Shown here: in pieces, positions 1 to 14,160 of the stretch
Numbering within the stretch: the first letter of the stretch is position 1
How the letters are laid out: each line of letters opens with the position of its first letter
Source of the DNA: the human T2T-CHM13v2.0 reference genome, Homo sapiens
DNA: 64,000 nt
Direction: 5' to 3' (one strand)
Assembly (NCBI RefSeq): GCF_009914755.1
Contig: NC_060925.1
The notes under the pieces: model-generated
The model's input: only the letters and a program-made list of their open reading frames with translations
Told to the model about the DNA's origin: nothing
Database searches by the model: none
Program-made: the position numbers and the translations under genes

Positions 1-379
1 AGGTTAATGCCTTATACATAGCCCTTGGAAGGGACACTTCTTGCAGAGAGAGAGTTATTAGCTTTTTATTTAGAATGTACTGTATAGGTGATTTGTGGGG
101 GTAACAAACCTAAATAATTTAAAGTAGTCTTTATTTGCTGAGAACTGCAGGTTTTTTTAAAGTATATTTTAAATCTTTAAACTTTCAGAGATTAAGAGAG
201 ATTGGCCAGGGATTTATTTGGAGCAGGAATTTCTTTTTCTTGTGCTTGCGTCTTTCCCAGCATCCATTCTTTTTTGTGCCTCCATCTAGAATCATGTAAT
301 GTCAGCGCTAGAAGAGACCAAAGACAGCCATCCTTTACAGCAGTAGTTTTCAGATTTCTTTTACAGCCAAATCCTTTAT

Positions 380-381
<2 letters not shown>

Positions 382-419
<38 letters not shown>
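382..419 (+). repeat. Isolated poly(A) tract (A38)
   Basis: Uninterrupted A run with no Alu/L1 body immediately 5'. Confidence 0.9.
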
Positions 420-421
<2 letters not shown>

Positions 422-1844
422 GCCACTAGCAATAAAACAGGGAAAACCAGAGTTACAGCTGTCCTGGTTGGGGCTTCTTTGTCCCCTCACCTCTCTTCAC
501 TCTCATGCAAATGCCTCACAGAACCCCTGAAGAACACACTTTGAAAACCAAAGACCACTCTCTTTACCATAACAGAACTGAGGCCAGAGGATGAGGCATC
601 ACTTACCCAAGGTCACTCAGCAAGTGTAAAGCAGAGACAGCCAGTACTAGAATCTCCTGACTCTGAACCTGTGTGCATCCCACTAGCTCCAGCTGCTTCT
701 TGCGCTTGGCTTTCCCATTTTAATATAGATCTAACAACCATCTTTCAAATTCCCGTCTCTGGGATCTTGCAAAGAGGAAGCCCTGCCCAAAAGCACAGCA
801 CAGACTCACACTCATTCATATTAGCGGCAATAAGGATGCTTGACTGAGACCACAAGCTTTGGGCAGGGACTCTTTACGATGTGCCTGTCACTCAGAAGCC
901 ATCCTCCAGCAGGGCTTGGTGAGCTTGTCATTTCTAAGCAAGGCACGTTTTTCTGCGGTCCCCTTTCCAAAGAGCAAGTGGTGACAGCCGCCTGGAATGC
1001 AGAGTCAGCAAAAGGGAAGCCACTTTGCCTGCAAATGCCCTGCAGAGACCCTGCCCCCTTTGTCCCTCGTCATCATGCTTGCAAGCCCAGGCCTTTTTTC
1101 CTGGGAACCAGGACACCCTGTGCTAGTTAATGTCCACCACAGGTCTTTTCTCATGTTCCATAATCCACACTGATTCCATATGTAACCAAGGGCAATTTTT
1201 GCTTGTTTATGTGCTTTCTATTTCTAAGGAGGGGAGCGTCTTGTTACATGAAAGGCCTGTTGTCCTGCTAAAGACCTTGATGGGTTTAGGTCTGAGTTTA
1301 GAAAGTAAAAGCTTAAGAGCTCATTTCCCCTGCATAAGGAAATGACACAAACTTATGGGGTTTTTTGTTTTGTTTTTATTTGCTAGAGGTGACAGAGTGG
1401 ACAGGAGAGGGGACAGGAAAGAGGACAGGAAAGAGATAGGGGGTAAGTTCTGCCACATGGCAGGAGACTGGAGTCCAATTTGTCAAACTGGCTAAAGAGA
1501 TTTCAGAAACAAAAATCCCTAATGTGAAATTTTCAAGTTTTCTGTGTTACTGCAATCAAAATTCCTCCCATTCTATGTGCCTGAAAGCCTAGTTACAAGT
1601 GGTTTTCCTGATAAAATTAGGAGAAAGGGTTGGGTTCACACCTGAGTTGATGTGGTAAGGTACCAGACACATCAAGGCATGAGAAAATCCATAAAGGCAG
1701 GGTGATTAAACTAAGAGTAGAGCTCAAAGCCAGAGGTGACCCAGAGAACAGAAGACACAGGGTAAGATTCCACCATCTTGGGGAGGTTTTAGTACTTGTA
1801 CAGTCGTTGAAATGGGGGTTTGAATTTTGTCTTGTTTCCATTAA

Positions 1845-2173
<329 letters not shown>

Positions 2174-3149
2174 TGATGTCCATTTTATATATACTCTAGC
2201 CAGAACATCTAACGCTGTAAAAACACAGATTTTGCCAGCCCTGTCAGAGAATTCAGTGAGTTAAGATACTTCAAACTGGTAACATTTGCTGACTGTAACT
2301 ACAAACTAGACACACTGACAGTAACTTTCTTACAGTTGTGTTTGCCAGGGTTTGAATACTACCAGAAATCCTTTTTAAGTCTGAACTCCCCAAGTTCTCA
2401 CCAGGCCACACGTGATTGGTGAGGTCATGGGGTCAAGAGGAGAATGATTGTTTCACTCCAAAGCAGAAAGCATAAAAGACTCTCAGAATAATTAGCCTTT
2501 TTGTTACGACTAATGACCAAGAACAGCAATAACAAACATTCCCATTCTTTGCAAAAGATTATCTGAGGTGTTGAAAAGTCCTAGAGACAGACATAGGTTA
2601 ATGCTGAATGGGAGGTCTAAATTAGGTCCAAACCAGAGGATAAGGTAGAATTTGAAGAATTTGCACACCCAGCAATTTTGGGAAACAGAGAAAGGGCCCT
2701 GGTGTTAATCTCCAATGTTCTCAAAATTGAGAAAGAAAAGGCTTCCTTGTGGGGCCGGGGGAACCCATCAAGGTAGAAGTGAGGAGGGGTTAAGGGGGGT
2801 GGGGGGCTGCGATGAGGGCAAGGGTGGTACATATCTTCAGGGGAGAGTAAAGGAATAAGCATGTCTAACCAATGCAGGCAAGGTCCAAAATGGTGGCTAG
2901 CTTGGAACATTCCAGTCTTCATCCCTTCATTGCGCAAGGTCCCTTCCAATACCCAACCCAGATTTGCTTTCCATTATGTCATCTCTGTAATTTGCCACAT
3001 CTCCCCTAGACAGGCAGCCTAGGGAAGAGGCCAGAGTGATCCCCATGAGTCCAGAGTCACAGGTTCAAGCCTCAACTCTGCCCTTCTGTGGTTGTAAAGT
3101 CAAGAATAGGTCATTCAGCTACCCAAGCTTCAGCTGGTACATTAGCAAA

Positions 3150-3365
3150 CAGTGAGGTTTCAAAAGGTTTGTTTTATAGCAGAACACTTTCTTAAAGTAA
3201 AATCTTATTCAGAAGCCCAATATACAAAATAAGTCAAAGCAGACTTGGCTAGGCTAAAGCGAAGGTAATCGTGATGGTGGCAGTTCCTAAGTTGCCCACA
3301 GACACAGAGTGCCACAGGGACATCATTCCTTCACATAGAATCCCATGTGAGTGGCAGCCCTGGAT
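3150..3365. mobile_element. hAT-Charlie DNA transposon fossil (MER103C-like)
   Basis: cagtgaggttttcaaa end and aaatcttattcagaagcccaatata..aaagcag resemble my recollection of the MER103C consensus. Confidence 0.5.
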
Positions 3366-3456
3366 TTGTGCAAATTACCTTCACTTTAGTCTAGCCAAGT
3401 CTGCTTTGACTTCATTTACATATTGGGCTTCTGAATAAGATTTTACCTAAAGAAAG
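3187..3456. repeat. 83-bp inverted repeat (3187-3269 / 3374-3456), 104-bp spacer
   Basis: Manual alignment of arm 1 with the reverse complement of arm 2: 75/83 identical, no gaps. Confidence 0.92.
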
Positions 3457-5419
3457 GAAGAAAGAAGGCCAATGCAGCTGGGGTGAGGCAGAGGGGCGGG
3501 GGGAAGAATGACAGTGAGAGACGCATCAGATGAGGTTAGAGAGGGGGCAGGCAGGGACCAGACCAAGCTTTTATGTCTAAGCTAAATCTTATATAGAATT
3601 CAGGAACTTTTGCTTCCCATTTTCTTCTTATTAGTGAGTATATTTTCTTTCTTTGGGATACTAGTCAGAGTGAGAAATAAAATTACCAAAATATTGAGGC
3701 ACACTGGCCAGCCTGACTAAGAACAGCCCCAGGCTAGGGAATATATCTAAGTCCAGAGCAGTGGGCACACCCAGGGCCTGGCACACTGGGAGGCTGCAGA
3801 AGCATTTGTTGCATAAATGAATGACTGGAAGAACAAATGAATGATTTTAAGTTTAATCATTAATTTATCAATAATTCCACCCACAGAGCTGGATACTAAT
3901 TTAGAAGGCCCTCAGTGTTGGGCTAGACCTCCTGCTAGATCCCATCATCAATCCCTTCTACCCTGCCTGCCTACGATCTCCACTCTCTATTCCAACTCCT
4001 CCTCTGATGGGCATCTTTTTGCCTGTCAGTGTATAACATAACATTATATAACAACTATAAATGTAAGCCAAAATTTACCTCTCTGAAGCATCTATTCATG
4101 AATCCTTTTTCTAATCCTTTGAGGACAGCACAGATTAAGTCTATTTCCTTTTACAGATGAGAGTCTGTCAGAAATTTCTTACCTTCATTTGCTCCATAGA
4201 AATCATGTTTCAGTTTTAGACTGGAAAATCGGAGTTCTGTTCCCAGTGATTCTCAGTGAGCATTCTAACATCCTAGGTTTATGGCACTAAACACAGCCCT
4301 TGAAGGTGGTGTCTACATTTCCTTGTAATCTGTTTTAGGTATTCATATAGGGAGTTCAGTAACATAAGCATCAGGACCTTTGGCAACTAGGGCTAAAGTT
4401 TGAGCTCGATTTGAAGTCTCTTGAGATATGTCGGACAGTTTAAACTCCAACACTTGTGAATATTAGTTTGCACATTTTTCGTAGTCCAATGGTCTAGGGC
4501 ATTCCAGGATATTCCACCATGCCAAGGTAATGGATTAGTTCGCACAGTAAAACTATCATGACTAATTCAACCCAACTGGAGAACATTATTTGAGGGGAGG
4601 GGGTGCAGGGTAGCAGAGGTTACTTAAAGCATTTTGGGTATTTTTTTTTTTTGAGAAAGGAAACTTGCATGAAGATTGAATGATTTATTAACCCCCAGAG
4701 AAGGTGTTACATATAGGTCAAGTCCGAGTTCATTTTCCAGGCAAGGCAGCAGTGGTGAAGGCTTCTGGTTACAAAGTCATCTTATTTTAGTGTTTATAAC
4801 AATAGGGCTAAGGAGAACATTCAAAGTATTCAAATAATTTAATAAGGCTCATTTTTATTATATTGCTCTTCCTGATAGGGCCATGATCTTTATCTTTAAT
4901 TTTTTTTTTTTTTTAAATCACCAACCACTCCACAGAACTTTGAGACCAATTTCTTGCCCTGATTGCCAGAAGGGCCATTTTCCTCATTCTCTCAAGGGAA
5001 CATATGTAGCAGGAGAAGGAAGAGTCCATGACCCCTTGAGCCTTTGGTCAGTGCAGCAACGCCATGGCAGTAATCTCTGGGCCACCATTTGGCTTAATGA
5101 ATCCGCTTGACTTTAATTCTAGCCCAGATGTAATCTTTTATAGCTTAATGATTTGTTCTCCCAGGCACTCTGATGAAATGCTATAAACTGTTCGCTAGAA
5201 TCCAGTGAAAATAGTTTTTATTCCTCATTTCTGTTTCTAATTAATTGTTGAGCAATTAGATTGATTCTTGATCTCTTACAATCACCATAAAATTGTACTA
5301 TGGCAAAGATTCTTAATCATGATCTGCATCACCCTACAAATAGAAAACACTGAAACATTTTGAGAAAAAAAAGAACTTTCTTAATTCATTTAATTAGAAA
5401 ACATAAAAATACAAGAAGA

Positions 5420-5760
5420 AGAAATAAGGGGTATTGGTCAAAGGGTATAAAATTTTAGTTATGCAAGACAATTTCTGGAGATCTAACGTAAAGCATAATG
5501 AAAATAGTTAATGATACTGTGTTATATGCTTATAATTTGCTGAGAACATAGATCTTAAATCTTCTCAATACACACACGCACACACACAACACAAAACGGT
5601 AACTATGTAAAGGTAATGGATGTGTTAATTAACATTACTGTGGTAATAATTTCATGATGTATATCAAAACGTGAAGTTGTACACCTTAAATATACATAAT
5701 TTTTATATGTCAATGATATCTCAATAAGGCTGTTAGAAATAAAAATTTAAAAGTAAAAAT
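5420..5760 (+). mobile_element. L1M (L1MA/MB-type) 3' end
   Basis: ttggtcaaagggtataaaattttagttat...gtacaccttaaatatac...ctcaataaggctg, a typical L1M 3' UTR. Confidence 0.8.
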
Positions 5761-6139
5761 ATAATATTATTTTTTACCACAATGATGCCTATTGTCTGAA
5801 TTAATTAGGTTTCCTGCACCCCAGTGAATGAGACAGATACAGAAACACAGACACAGAAAGATGCTGAGGTTAAGTGACTAACTCGAGGCTAGAGATAGGA
5901 AGCCATGGCAGAGCTCTTCAGGAGACCCCTCTTGGTAGCTATCATAGCCCAGAGCCAACAGTCACAATCTAAATTAAACACCCCTAACCCAAGAGAGTCA
6001 CAGAGATGCCATGATCATACCAGAAAAATTACAACAAGCAGGGCTTGCCTTACAACTCTGAATGCATGTCAAAAAAAGAAAAAAAAGGTACACTATTTTT
6101 ACCCTCCGTTTCCTCACTTGGAAAAATTACGGCAGTGCC

Positions 6140-6425
6140 ATTTCTAATTCAGCGTTATGCTGGGAAGGTTGTAAATTAATTACAATTATGCCTTCTTTGT
6201 GCCAAGTGATAATTTACTGCAATTAATTATCAAAAGATCTACTGCTGTCAATTATGATACTTGCTCTTGAGGGGGGAGGAGCTATTTGTGAGCATCTGAA
6301 ATCTGTAACAAAGTTATGTTTTGCCTTTTCCCCCTATTTCCAATTAAGCTATTATAATTTGTTTTCATTATGCCAAACACAATGGAGAAGCTAACAATGT
6401 TACTCTAACCTTTTCCTTAATCCAA
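6140..6425. promoter_or_regulatory. Candidate developmental enhancer
   Basis: Repeat-free; dense TAAT/ATTA cores (TAATTA x2, TAATCC), TGTCA, ACAAT motifs; function inferred. Confidence 0.45.
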
Positions 6426-6574
6426 ACATTATCTAGACTTTCATTGAGTCAACACTCCTATTGTTACACCTGCAAGTTGTACATAGAGGGAGGCATACTT
6501 CAGAATTAATGAGTGCAGCTGTGGTCTCTCTTACATTCAGCACTTGTAAAATAGACCTCTTTAAAGTGCCATTA

Positions 6575-6799
6575 TCACAATATTGATAGAGTTATTTATA
6601 GCACTGCAAACGCATCCAGTCATAACAGAGGACTTGTTATCCACAGCGAGTTCATGTTGCTGTCATCCCCTGGACTTCATCCAGCGCCCAGGAGTAGGCA
6701 CCAGGCGGACCATCTTTCAAAAATGAGCGCTAAAAGACAACCGAAAACTTTTTCTCGAAGTGAATCTGGTAGCCAGGAGTCTATTTAGTGGATGAGTAC
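6575..6799 (-). ncRNA. Candidate lncRNA exon (probably terminal)
   Basis: Minus strand GGCTGAC branch point + TTGCTATGTTTCTTACAG|G acceptor at 6800/6799; no ORF; 3' end uncertain (TATAAA variant at 6600-6595). Confidence 0.35.
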
Positions 6800-8732
6800 C
6801 TGTAAGAAACATAGCAAGTCAGCCTGAGCCCAGATACCATGAACGCTGGCCCATGGTAGCAGGGCAGGCTATTCAGGTATATATGGGATGTCACCCACGA
6901 GCTGACCCTACATGGTTCTGCTGGAAAGTTGGAAACTCCAGGTGCAAGGCTGGTGCTATTTCTTCATAAGCAATTCGAAGAGATGTCGTGCAGAAGGGCA
7001 ACATCAGGAGGAATTACCCTTGCTTACACTCTTCCACTCCACAGAGGATGCTTTGCTCCTCTTTACTGTGTGGGAACACCTTATATGCATCTTTTCCCTC
7101 ATTAAATTTTAAGCTCATTGTGGTTAAAGAGTATACCTTATCTGTTTCTTTATTAGCCCAGTGCTGGACACATGATCAGCATTCTGTAAATTTAAGAATT
7201 CTTTGCCATGTGCTAATCGAGTGCTAAGCACAGCACTAGGTCCTATAAAACAAAAACATAAGTGAGTCATCATTTCTTCTCTTAAGAATGTCACAGTCTA
7301 GGACAAGGTTCTGTGCCCTTTTTTGGAGTCATGAGATCTTTTGTTAATCTGCTAAGGTAAACACTTTGAGACCTCTTTCCATAGAAAAAAAGCGACTTCA
7401 TGTCAGTAGAATAGAACCCAAGTCTCTACTCCAGGGTCAGAGCTCTTGCAACAGAAGTGGCCTCAGAAGCCATCTGTCAGACAAGGGTGAGGGTGCTGAA
7501 TGCAGACATCATGCACATCCAGACTTTTTTTGGACAGTGAGGGTGACAATCCCTCCAGCTGCCCCTGAATGCAGCTGGTAGGGATGAGGGAGAGGACTGT
7601 CAGTGTCTTATAAGGACTCTGCAAAGTAGGGACCCTCTGAGAAAAGTGACAGGCTCCTCTGCAGCAAATGGTCTGATTTTCTGTCACCTTTCAGGATGCC
7701 AGGTAGGTGGGAAATCTCCAGATTTGCCCAATTTTAGGGAGTCATAAACCTGTGAACCCCACCCAGAGAACCCCCCAACCCCCATAGCTAGTGGCGATGA
7801 AGGGGCCAGTTGAGAAAGTAGTGTGTTGGGAGAATGTAAAAGTCCCAAGAGCAGAGCATGCCTTGGCTTGCGGGGAAAAGGCAGTTTATCAGCTCACCTT
7901 CCTCTCAGATGTCTGTTCTTCCCAAAATTGTTGGCCTGCCTTCTTCCCATACTTGGGGCCAGCCGGTCATTGTATATTTTTGTAAATTTAGGTTTAAGTT
8001 TGGGGATTTGATTTCTTTTTCCCACCTGGATTCCTATCATGTTCACCCCACCTCCCCCAGTCCCACTCCTTGGGAGTGTGGAAGACGAACACATGCAGAC
8101 CAAACTTGCCAAGCAAATAGGTCAGAGCCTTTGCCAGCCCCCACCTCAGGGCCCAGGGATAACAGAAAGCCAGCTGAGAGGGCGAGATAAGCCCTAATGC
8201 ATAATCTTCCCCACCCATCCACATCTGAGTTTGCAAATAGGCATTCCAAAGTGACCCTGGCTCAGAGGGTTTTCAAAGTGATGAATTCTCCCTCAGCCAC
8301 ACTCTGCCCTGCCTTTCATTCCATGGTCACCCAGCTATCTCTAACCTGCAATGGGCAGCCTACAGGGAGAAAGGGGATGTGACCATCCTATGCAGAGAAA
8401 TCTGTCATTTATCTTCAGTGTAAGGCCAAACAATTGCATAGTTTGCAAAGAACCTGACATAAGTCACCCAGGTTTTCCCCCAAACCCCACTGCTTGCATT
8501 TACTGGCATCAGAGGAGATTTTTTTCCTGGCAGAAGGCAGCTCTGGCTGCCGCCTGGGCACACTGTGTTCATGAAGTACTTCTCTGCTTCTTTCTATGAC
8601 AGGAGCACCTGTCATGGAGAGAGCTAGAGCAGGGGGACACTGGCATGCTAGTCCTAACTCTGCTGTATCACACAGAACATTTTCCTCCAAGCCTTGACTT
8701 CTTTGTCTGAAACATAAAATGGTTAGCCTAGA

Positions 8733-8945
8733 TCAAAGGCTGCAACCTCAAATGCCCTCTGGGATCAGACATGTAACATATATGGCAATGTCAGCCAACA
8801 GAGTGTTCAGAACTTTATGAACAGAAGAAAGCCTTTAGCCCCACCTAAAGACATTTTTATTCTCAAATGTTAAAATGTGCTTGAACAGCAAAATGTGTCT
8901 GTAATCTCAATTCATCCCATGACTGCTAGTTGTGAGCCTGGCCAT
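8733..8945. mobile_element. hAT DNA transposon fossil (MER102-like)
   Basis: caaaggctgcaacctcaaatgcc...ctagttgtgagcctg termini; family from memory. Confidence 0.4.
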
Positions 8946-9460
8946 GGATCACAGTACTAAGGCAAAATGGCACTGTTGGTATTTCAGTACTTCTTTTACC
9001 CAGCGGCCTTTAAAAACAATATTTAGAACGTTTTAAATAAAATTAGTGAAATTAAATGTATTTCCTATTTGAAATTTAGCTGAGCATTCTTTGGCCACAA
9101 CCAGTTCTGCTGCTGACTTTGACATCAGTGCCTTCTGCCTGGGGCACCTCAGAGCAACTAACTGTGTGATGGAGCCAGTCCAGGTGGGATTTGAACACTC
9201 CTGCAGCTTTCAGGACCCCCTCCTCTGGGCAGCTCCTCTACTCTGACCGGAAGCTCTTTCATTGCAGCAGTTTTAATTTCTCTCCCATCTTCCCAGGATG
9301 GATGGCCCTGTCTGCAGCCTAACCTTCCTCTGCTTGTGTAGGAACAGAAGGTAGGCAGAAGTGCTGAGTTTCATTCAAAGCTGGCTTTCCTTAGTAAAAA
9401 GTGTTGGTGATATTATTCAATTTCTACCATTCCCGTGGCCAGCCTCTGTGCCTGGGGTGA

Positions 9461-10042
<582 letters not shown>

Positions 10043-11127
10043 AAGGTAGACATGACATATTTTTTATACAAAATGTATTACTCCTTACCTCTTGTTTGTT
10101 GCAAGGATGTTGAATGCATGTAAACAAGATAAAGAGGAGAAGGCATTCTGGGCTTGGGGGGAGCATAATCATAATAAATGTAATTTATAATTAGATAGAT
10201 ATAGATGTAGATATTTGTGTTTGATGTCTATCTTTTCTACTCCAGTACATTGCCAGCACCTAGCACAGTCCCTCACATATAGTACATACTGAATGAATAT
10301 TTTCAAAATGAATGAATGAGAGGAGAAAGAGCATTTTGCAGGATTTCCATTTCTTTCAACCTACCCTGACAGATGGCTTTAGCTCCCCTGCTTTCTCAAA
10401 CTTACCTACCAGATTCTCCCCTCTTAAGCAATAGATTGATACTTCCTTGTATCTTTGTGTTCACTGAGGGTCTAGAAGTCTTGAAGGAAAACCCCATGCA
10501 GAGTTTATGTACATACATGATAAGCCAGACTGACAGTTCTATCAGAACGGCCTTTTTCATAATTTAATTAAACTCTCTTAAATGTAGACATCAGTCAAGG
10601 ACAACTTTACTGATTGTGTCTAATTGCACATATTTTCTTACACTTTTACTGAAGCCTATTTTTCAAGTTGCTTGAAAGACTGCTCCTATTTCTGAAAGGG
10701 GATATGCCAAAGCAGGGTTTTAATTCATTGCCTTTTGGACACACCGTCATTCCCTAGCTAGCACCAATCTGCTACAAAATGTGATTGTGTGATTACTTAT
10801 AGGAGTCTCAAGCCACCTTTTTACAAGAGTTGGCTGGTTAACTACTAGAAAATTCAGAAAACCTGTCTGCCTTTCATTCATTTAGTCAATCAGCAAACAT
10901 TTATTGAGTCCCTATTATGTGCTAGAAATGCTTATTGAGTCCCTATTATGTTCATTCAGTTAGTCAATCAGCAAATACTCTGTCTAGAATGATATGATTC
11001 ATCAAGATCGGCTTCAGATCTTCCCCAAGGGCAGGTTTTGAGAGTAAGTGGGATTGGTGAGAATGGTGGATTTCAGCCTTGAACGTGACATGCGGGCAGC
11101 TGGCGTGTGTAGAGAAAGAAAGCTACT

Positions 11128-11618
11128 TGTGGGATCGTTTTCTATTGCTGCTAAGACAAATTACCAAAAACTTGATAGCTTAAAATAACACAACTTTATC
11201 ATCTTACCCTTCTGTAGGCTAGAAATCTAACATGGGTCTCACCGGCCAAGGTGTTGGCACGGCTGTAGCCCTTTCTAGAGTCTCTAGAAGAGAATCTGAT
11301 TCCCAGCCTTTTCCAGTGTCTGGAGACCACCCATAGCCCTTGATTCATGATCCCTTCCCCATCCTCAAAGCCAGCAACGGTGCTTCTCTCTAACCATTCT
11401 TCTCTCGTCACATCTCCCTCTCTGACCTTTCTGCCTCCTTCTTTCCCTTTTAAGGACACTTTTGATTGCTTTGGACCCAGCTGCATAATCCAAGATCCTC
11501 TCCTTTAATTCCATTTGCAAAGTTAATCCCCCTTTGCCACGTAAGGTAACATACTCACAGGTTCCAGGGATTGTGGCATAGACATCTCTGAGGAAGGGGC
11601 ATTATTCTGCCACCACAT
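11128..11618 (-). mobile_element. MaLR solo LTR (MLT1C/D-like)
   Basis: ctattgctgctaagacaaattacc...cattattctgccaccaca are the reverse-complement MLT1 ends. Confidence 0.8.
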
Positions 11619-11669
11619 GGAAGAAAGGTGCATGATGAGACAGCGCTGGGGCATTTTGAGAAGGAGGTA

Positions 11670-11900
11670 TCATGGCATGATGGGAAGATCCTTTTCCACT
11701 ATAAACCTGGGCTCAAATCACAGCTCATTCCTGTACTAACCCGTGAATTTGAACAAGTCATTTGACATCTCTAATCCTCAGTGTCTTCATCTAAAAGGTG
11801 TAGATAACAATAATTCCTTCCCAGAAAATGTGAGGGAATAAAATGTTTTTTAAAGTTAATGAAGCAGTGCTTGGCCAAGAATAGGTACTCAGTGAATGAG
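11670..11900 (+). mobile_element. MIR
   Basis: cctgggctcaaatc...aacaagtcatttgacatctctaatcctcagtgtcttcatct core. Confidence 0.65.
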
Positions 11901-12882
11901 GAGGAACAGTAAGAAATATGTTTTGGCTGGACCATTAAGGGCCAGCAAAGGAGCAAAAGGAAATAGGAATGGAAAGATGCACAGCAATAACATAGTGAAG
12001 AATCTTGAATGCCAAATTTTATTTTACAGACCATGAAATGTTATCAAAGGCACTAACTAGAACAAGTGAGTGGCCTGAGCATTCACCAAGCAAAAACAAA
12101 CGTCAGATGAATTAAAATGAGTAGCTTTGGCATGAAGATTCCCTAAGGACAGGTAGGCTAGGCCCCCTCACATCTAAATTTCACATTTTAAGCCAATAAG
12201 TAGAAAATAAATCCCCCAATTCTGTTGCTGCCAGTGGTGAACAGCATGTTGTCCTCTAAGCACTCAGTTCATGTTCACACATAATTTTAATTCTGCTTTA
12301 ACTTCAGATTCATGGATTTTCAATTTATCCAACATCTGGAACACCAAGGGCACTGGGAAAGCCATTCTGGGAGGCTGCCACTTACACAGTGGGACCTCAA
12401 TAAACATTTGTTGATCAAAAACCCAAAACATGGGGAAAAGGAAGATTTGGAAACTGAAACCAGGTCTTTTGAAGTGGAACATAATTTGAAGGGTTTAACT
12501 GTGATATATTGAAAAACATATTTTGCAAGTGAACAATTGGTGAAAATTATCAGCTAAGGTTAGCAAAAGATCCAGGGGAGGAAAGAAGGAAGTCTAGAGT
12601 CTTCATGCATGTGAAAGGGACATTTTGGAATTACTTTCATTTTTGTCACAATCACACACATACATACACAATTAGGCAATTCCTAATTACAAGCATCAAA
12701 AAATAACGTCAAATAATTCAAGAAGATTCTTTTTAACTCCTATGATTATTATGCCATCAACTATTCCTAACTAGTATTTGTTAGTCAACAAAGGAGAAGT
12801 TGTTTTGTAAAATTTTTCTGCAATCCACAAAATGTATTTGGTTTGGTATTTCTGGTTAATTAGTTAGTTCTATGTAAATTGA

Positions 12883-13360
<478 letters not shown>

Positions 13361-13479
13361 TAGAATGCTTGTCAGAGACTTCTTTGCAGACCACAATGTC
13401 ATTGTGTCTCCAGGTTTCTTTTAAAATTTACATTTGCTCCTGAGGAAAGGGCAAGGTAAGCAGAACTAAACTAATATTT

Positions 13480-14160
13480 GTAGAACTTCTCTCTGCACTG
13501 GCCCTTCAAGGATATCATCTCACTCAATCCTCATTGCAAACTAGTGAAGGAGCTATTATAATTCTCATTTTATGAGTGAAAGTGTGAACCCCAAAGAGTT
13601 TTATACCTTGCCTAAAGTCTTTCAACCAGTAAGTGGCAGAACCAGGATTTGAACCTAGTTTTCTCAGTCATCCATGGCTCTAGTTTAACTTCTAGCTGTC
13701 AAAACAATTGAAAAGGATCCACCAAGATAAAACAGAAGTCACTGATGAACTAGAACAGGTGCTGAAGCTATAAGATGGAGCCTGAGAGTCAGCCTTACTC
13801 TTTGACTTATGTTAAAGAAACATCACTGAACAATGAATTTCTAGTTCACTCATCTTTAGGAAGAAACCAAGAAAGATTTCAGTCAATCAATAAATACCTA
13901 GATGCAGTTAAAAGCTTGGCAGATAATAACAACAACAACCGTAATCATGATAATATGTACTGAGTACTTACTCTATTCAGTCCTTACTCTAAGCACCTGA
14001 GAGACGTTAACTCTTCTAATCCTCATGACATCTCTGTGAGGTTGGTACTATTATCATCCCATTTTATAGAGGAGGAGCTGGAGAAATAGTGAGGTCACGA
14101 GGTAAGTGACAGAGCTGAGTTATCCCAGGCAGTCCTCTAAACCACACTGCCTCCATAAAG
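13480..14160 (-). mobile_element. Two MIR fragments (~13480-13670, ~13940-14160)
   Basis: attatcatccccattttatagaggagg and ccttgcctaaagtc..agtaagtggcagaaccaggatttgaacc cores. Confidence 0.65.

Noticed and set aside
6637-6645. TTATCCACA, a bacterial DnaA box
   Set aside because: A single 9-mer is expected by chance in 64 kb; no bacterial context
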